Below are positions 59,992 to 64,000 of a DNA stretch of 64,000 nt, one piece after another (within the stretch, counting starts at the first letter, position 1; each line of letters starts with the position of its first letter). The notes beneath the pieces are model-generated. The model was given only the letters and a program-made list of their open reading frames with translations. It was not told the DNA's origin and did not search any database. The stretch is from positions 274,415 through 338,414 of the forward strand of contig NW_015165305.1 of the NCBI RefSeq assembly GCF_001447785.1, in the 5' to 3' direction. Made by a program: the position numbers and the translations under genes. The DNA comes from Gekko japonicus. Taxonomy: Eukaryota.

Positions 59992-61320
59992 GCTCACCAC
60001 ATGCGCTACCATTGGAGGGTAAAAAGCATGCATCTCTGGTTAGAGTTGCTACTGTGTTAAACCCCTGATGCTAACTAAGGGCTGGAATCTCTCCCTTAGG
60101 AAAGGCAGGGACTAGTGAAAAGAGGTTCTGGTGGCAAATTGTCTGGAAACCAGGGAGGCTTTTTTCATTCAGTCTTACTCTTTACGTCAGCCCTTGTCTC
60201 ACATGGCTTTTGTCACTGCAGCTCCCATGATCCCCAGCATTAGCCTTTCGGGGTGATCAGGGGGGATCCCTCCTTTTTTTTCAACAGCAGCAAAGCTGGT
60301 TTTGATCTAACCCTAACTATTGTTGTTACATGTAAACAGTAGGTTGGATCCAAGAAGGAAGTGGTCCCCTTTGACCACCTAAAAAGCCTATGCTGAGGAC
60401 CTGCATGGATCAAACCTATATGAGGTGGGGGCTGTAGTAAGGGGGAGAACTGGGCAGGACTAAGTGGAAAGGTGGCTGAATCCAGCCCTGTATCCTAAAT
60501 TTGGGGAGTGTATTTGCAGGGTGCAGTCAGAGGATTTGTTTGTGCCTTAAACATAACACATAACCAAATAGCAGGTAATCATTTTTTTTAATAGAGAAAA
60601 AAAATCTTGAAGAACCTCCTGCATTTTTAAATGCCTACTTTCTGGAGACATGCACTGGAGAGCCAGAGTAGTTTGCTGGCTGGAGCACTCGCCCAGGACT
60701 TGAGGAGCCTCGCTACAAATGCCTGTTCAGCCATGATGCTCACTGGAGTTCTCTGGAGTCAGTCACTGTTTCAGCTTAACCTACCTCAGAGGGCTGTTGT
60801 GAGGGTAAAATGCCACCTTGAAATCAATGAAAAAGGAGGGTATAGATAGTGGGCAAGGGGGAAAATTTTACTGAGGGGGGCACAATTTTAATTTTCCTTT
60901 GCTTCAGTCTCCCCACTAGCTTTTTAAAAAAAAAGTGGGGGGGGGGAATCAGGATTCTGATATAGGCATTTATGTGTACCGAATTCCTGCCGGGCCCCTG
61001 AGAAATGAGTCAGATTTGTTGAAGAATTCAAGTTTTGCAGCAAGCAGGTTGTATGGTTCCCCCTGGTGTTCAAGTCTACAAATAGCTAGCTCTGAAGTAC
61101 TTGCCAGATAAGACAAACGGGAAAACAGTGCCTTCAGTTTGACAAAACACTTGTTTGCACTTTTAGCATCTCAGTAGTGGTTTGATGAAAAAGAAGTCTC
61201 TCACAGGTATGACATAGCTGAAACTTTCCTCAGTTTGCCATAGTCATTTAGCATCACCTCACATGTTTTGCTATGTCTTGTCTTTAGGGAAACTCTTACA
61301 AAATAAACTATCTCCCAGAA

Positions 61321-61520
61321 TGATTCAGGTGGCGGTAGCTGTGTTGGTCTGAAGCAGCAAAACAAAGTCCAGTGGCACGTTTAAGATCAACAAGTTTTAT
61401 TCACAGTATAGGCTTTCGTGTGCAAGTATCTGAGGAAGTGTGCTTGCACACGAAAGCTTATACCCTGAATAAAACTTTTTGTTGGTCTTAAACGTGCCAC
61501 TGGACTCAAACTTCATTCTT
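61321..61520. mobile_element. Penelope-type inverted terminal-repeat remnant
   Basis: Arms agtccagtggcacgtttaagatcaacaa.../...ttgttggtcttaaacgtgccactggact. Confidence 0.8.
61426..61463 (+). ncRNA. Minimal type I hammerhead-ribozyme motif
   Basis: GTAT-CTGAGGA-A-GTGTGC-TT-GCACAC-GAAA-GCTT-ATAC: CUGANGA and GAAA boxes, helix II, 4-bp helix I, palindromic AAGCTT. Confidence 0.6.
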
Positions 61521-61617
61521 CAATCTCTAATGAACAGAAGGTGAGATCTAGCTGACTTTCATTCAGTCTTGCCCAATAGTCCTCCTTACTGAGTTCCCGC
61601 CCCACATGGCTTTTGTC

Positions 61618-61965
61618 CAGGGGTCATTTCGTAGAAAAAGAGGTGCAGGAGCTCATTAGCATAACTTATTTGCATATGTCACACCCCCTGACATCACCGG
61701 AAGTGTGTCAGAAGGCAACACCCACTGCTTAGGCTCCACTAGACTAGCTACGGGGGGAACGCGCAGATCTGCCCTCACAGCGGAGGGAGAGCTTGTACCT
61801 GAAAGGGAAGGGGGCCTCTGCAACTTACCTGGCTGCTTCTTGCTCCTCATGGCCTGACTGAGGGCTGCTGGGAGCAGGGGGCGGGGCTTGTTGCATGTGC
61901 CTGCCCCCTGGGCTCCTTACTGCCGGAGCTCCGCTCCGGTGCGCTCCCGCAGGAAATGACCCCTG
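61618..61965. mobile_element. hAT MITE family B, copy 2 (348 bp)
   Basis: TIR caggggtcattt/aaatgacccctg; 8-bp TSD cttttgtc. Confidence 0.93.
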
Positions 61966-62352
61966 CTTTTGTCTATGCGGGTCCCATGATTCCCAGCATT
62001 CCCAGAGAAAAGGCTGGTTGGGTCCATGACAGTGTGCTTTCCCCCTCACTGGTGAGCTACTGTAGCCTATTTTCACACAGAGGAGCAAGGATCCCATGAT
62101 GTACTGCACTGACATTGCTTGATAGCATTCTAAGAACAGAAGGGACCCTGTAATTAATTAATAAACTGTCAGCTAATTGATCCTGAGATATAGACTGTAA
62201 TAGCAAGTAATACATAAAACATAATTTACAAACAAGGAAACCCATTACAAAAATATAAACCAGCAAAAAACTGAACAATAAGAAATATGGGCATTTAACA
62301 GTCAGACGATAGCACAAGGAACCCTTCTTAATAAATATTTCACAAGACTGTT

Positions 62353-62650
62353 AAGAACATAAGAAGAGCCTTGCTGGATCAGACCAGTGGTCCATCTAGT
62401 CCAGCATCCTGTCTCACACAGTGGCCAACCAGTTCCTCCAGAGGGCCAACAACAAGGCCTAGATCTTCCCCTGATGTCGCCTCCTGGCTTGGATTCAGAG
62501 GTTTAGTGCCTCTGAACGTGGAGGTCCCCCTCATTCACCATGGCTAGTAGCCACTGATAGACCTGTCCTCCATAAATCTAATCCCTTTTCAAAGCTGTTT
62601 ATTCCTGTGGCCATCCCTACATCCTCAGGCAGCAAATTCCACATTTTAAC
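62353..62650 (-). mobile_element. CR1 3' end fragment
   Basis: aagaacataagaagagccttgctggatcagacc...ggcagcaaattccacattttaac. Confidence 0.88.
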
Positions 62651-63323
62651 TTTTCTCTGTTCTAATGCAGCTACCACCTCTGGAATGCGATAAGCTAGAT
62701 ATTCATAACATGCTGCCAAATGGTGAGGGGAACTGCATGTCTCTCCTGCTTCATCAGACTTCTGATAAGGTGGTGATGTGTGGTCAGAACCTTCATGGTG
62801 CTTGGCTGGATGTTATAAATTACCCACTTAACACCGTGTGGTTACAAATACAAATCAGTAAACCTAGAATGTGCAATGTGTGTTAAGAGTGTCAGACCAC
62901 AATGTGGGAAATCTGGGTTCAGATCTCCACTCTGCCATGGAAGCTTGCTGCTTACCTTGAATCACTCAGCCTAACCTACCCCACAGGGTTGTAGTGAGGA
63001 TAAAATGGGGAAATAGAGAAGGTCGACTTGGAATGGTGTCTGCGCTAAGGGAAGAAACTGAAAATAGAATGTAGATTCTACTGTGATGGTGGAAGACAGA
63101 AAGTGACTGCTTTTCCTGAGGGCCCAGACTGAACGTGTGGCAGTGTCAACCCCCTCCCCACCCACAAGAACCAGGGGCTGCTTCTCTAGATTGGCGTCCC
63201 TTCATCCTTCAGCCTCTCTTGTGGTTTCTTATACAGTTTGCTCCCAATAACAAAGTCTCGGGTTTGATGACCGGATTACAATTTGAAGCCCACCCCCCAT
63301 GTATTATTGACTTCACTTCCTTC

Positions 63324-63757
63324 TGTCAAGGTTCTGGCGTAGCTCCCTGGCCAGCTCCCTGCCCAGGTGTAATGTATTCAATAGCTGCTATTGAATGCAT
63401 AACGTGTATGTGAAGCACCTCATTGAGGTGTCATGTAAAGCTTCATCCTGGGCTAGGATCCAAATCCATCCAATCACAATGCTAGCCCAGGAAGAGCCAA
63501 CCAATCACTTGTCAGCAAGCTCCCTGAGCGGGAACGTCAATGATTGGTCTTTATGTAAACAATCTCATTGGTTGGTAATGTACAGTAAGGCGTGGCTACT
63601 TTAGCCGGGAGAGTTTAAAAAGGGAACAGCTTCAATGCTAAAGTTGTTCCGGCTATCAGATGTTGATCCGTGTTGGAGTTGTGTTCGAGTTGTTGAATAA
63701 AGTTGGACCTTTTGCTGAATCACTCTCCGACTACTTTGTTAAGCGAGCGACTTAACA
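63324..63757 (+). mobile_element. Probable solo LTR (434 bp)
   Basis: TGTCAAG...CTTAACA termini; several CCAAT/ATTGG boxes; TTTAAAA TATA-like box; AATAAA about 60 bp from the end. The flanks do not form a TSD. Confidence 0.65.
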
Positions 63758-64000
63758 GTCCTGTACTTTTCTCCCCTTTCCTCCTGCCACACCAGCTCCG
63801 TGGTTCTCTTGGTCAACACGAGTAGGCTTTTACACATGAAGCAGCCCCCCCCCGAGGCTAATAGTGGCAGTCATTGCCTCTGCCTGCTTTTAGCAGCCCT
63901 CTAGGGTTGCCATCTCTGGCTTGGGACATTCACAGAGAATCGGAGGCAGTGGCCAGGGAGGGCAAAGTGAAGGAAGGGAGCTCAGCCAGATGGGATGTCA

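Overview
Vertebrate (squamate reptile, probably gecko-like judging by its SINE and LINE families) draft-assembly window with several N gaps. It holds four protein-coding genes. (1) The 5' half of DNA ligase 1 (LIG1, minus strand): seven coding exons reconstructed by hand, from 6905 to beyond position 1, plus an E2F/ZNF143 CpG promoter near 9.5-9.8 kb. (2) A compact 539-aa ZSWIM9-like gene derived from a Mutator (MULE) transposase (minus strand, 16269-13288). It lies in tandem with LIG1, not head-to-head as in human. (3,4) A divergently oriented pair of paralogous SCAN/C2H2 zinc-finger genes (30883-25515 minus; 44678->54259 plus) either side of a CpG island at about 40-41 kb. Both keep the long gag-capsid-derived 'extended SCAN' region. 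Between and inside the genes is a dense transposon landscape: CR1, L1, BovB, Sauria SINE, 5S- and tRNA-derived SINEs, solo LTRs, four hAT MITE families with 8-bp TSDs, a Tc2-like MITE and a 294-bp foldback element. The most notable observations are an apparently full-length, ORF1-only (HAL1-like) L1 derivative at 56.95-58.85 kb, a minimal hammerhead-ribozyme motif in a Penelope-type hairpin at 61.4 kb, a CpG-decayed Myb/SANT-domain relic at 20.6-20.8 kb that the ORF track misses, a hAT MITE carrying an expanded octamer array, and an in-frame 105-bp coding duplication. All calls come from manual reading and remembered family consensuses. No database searches were run.
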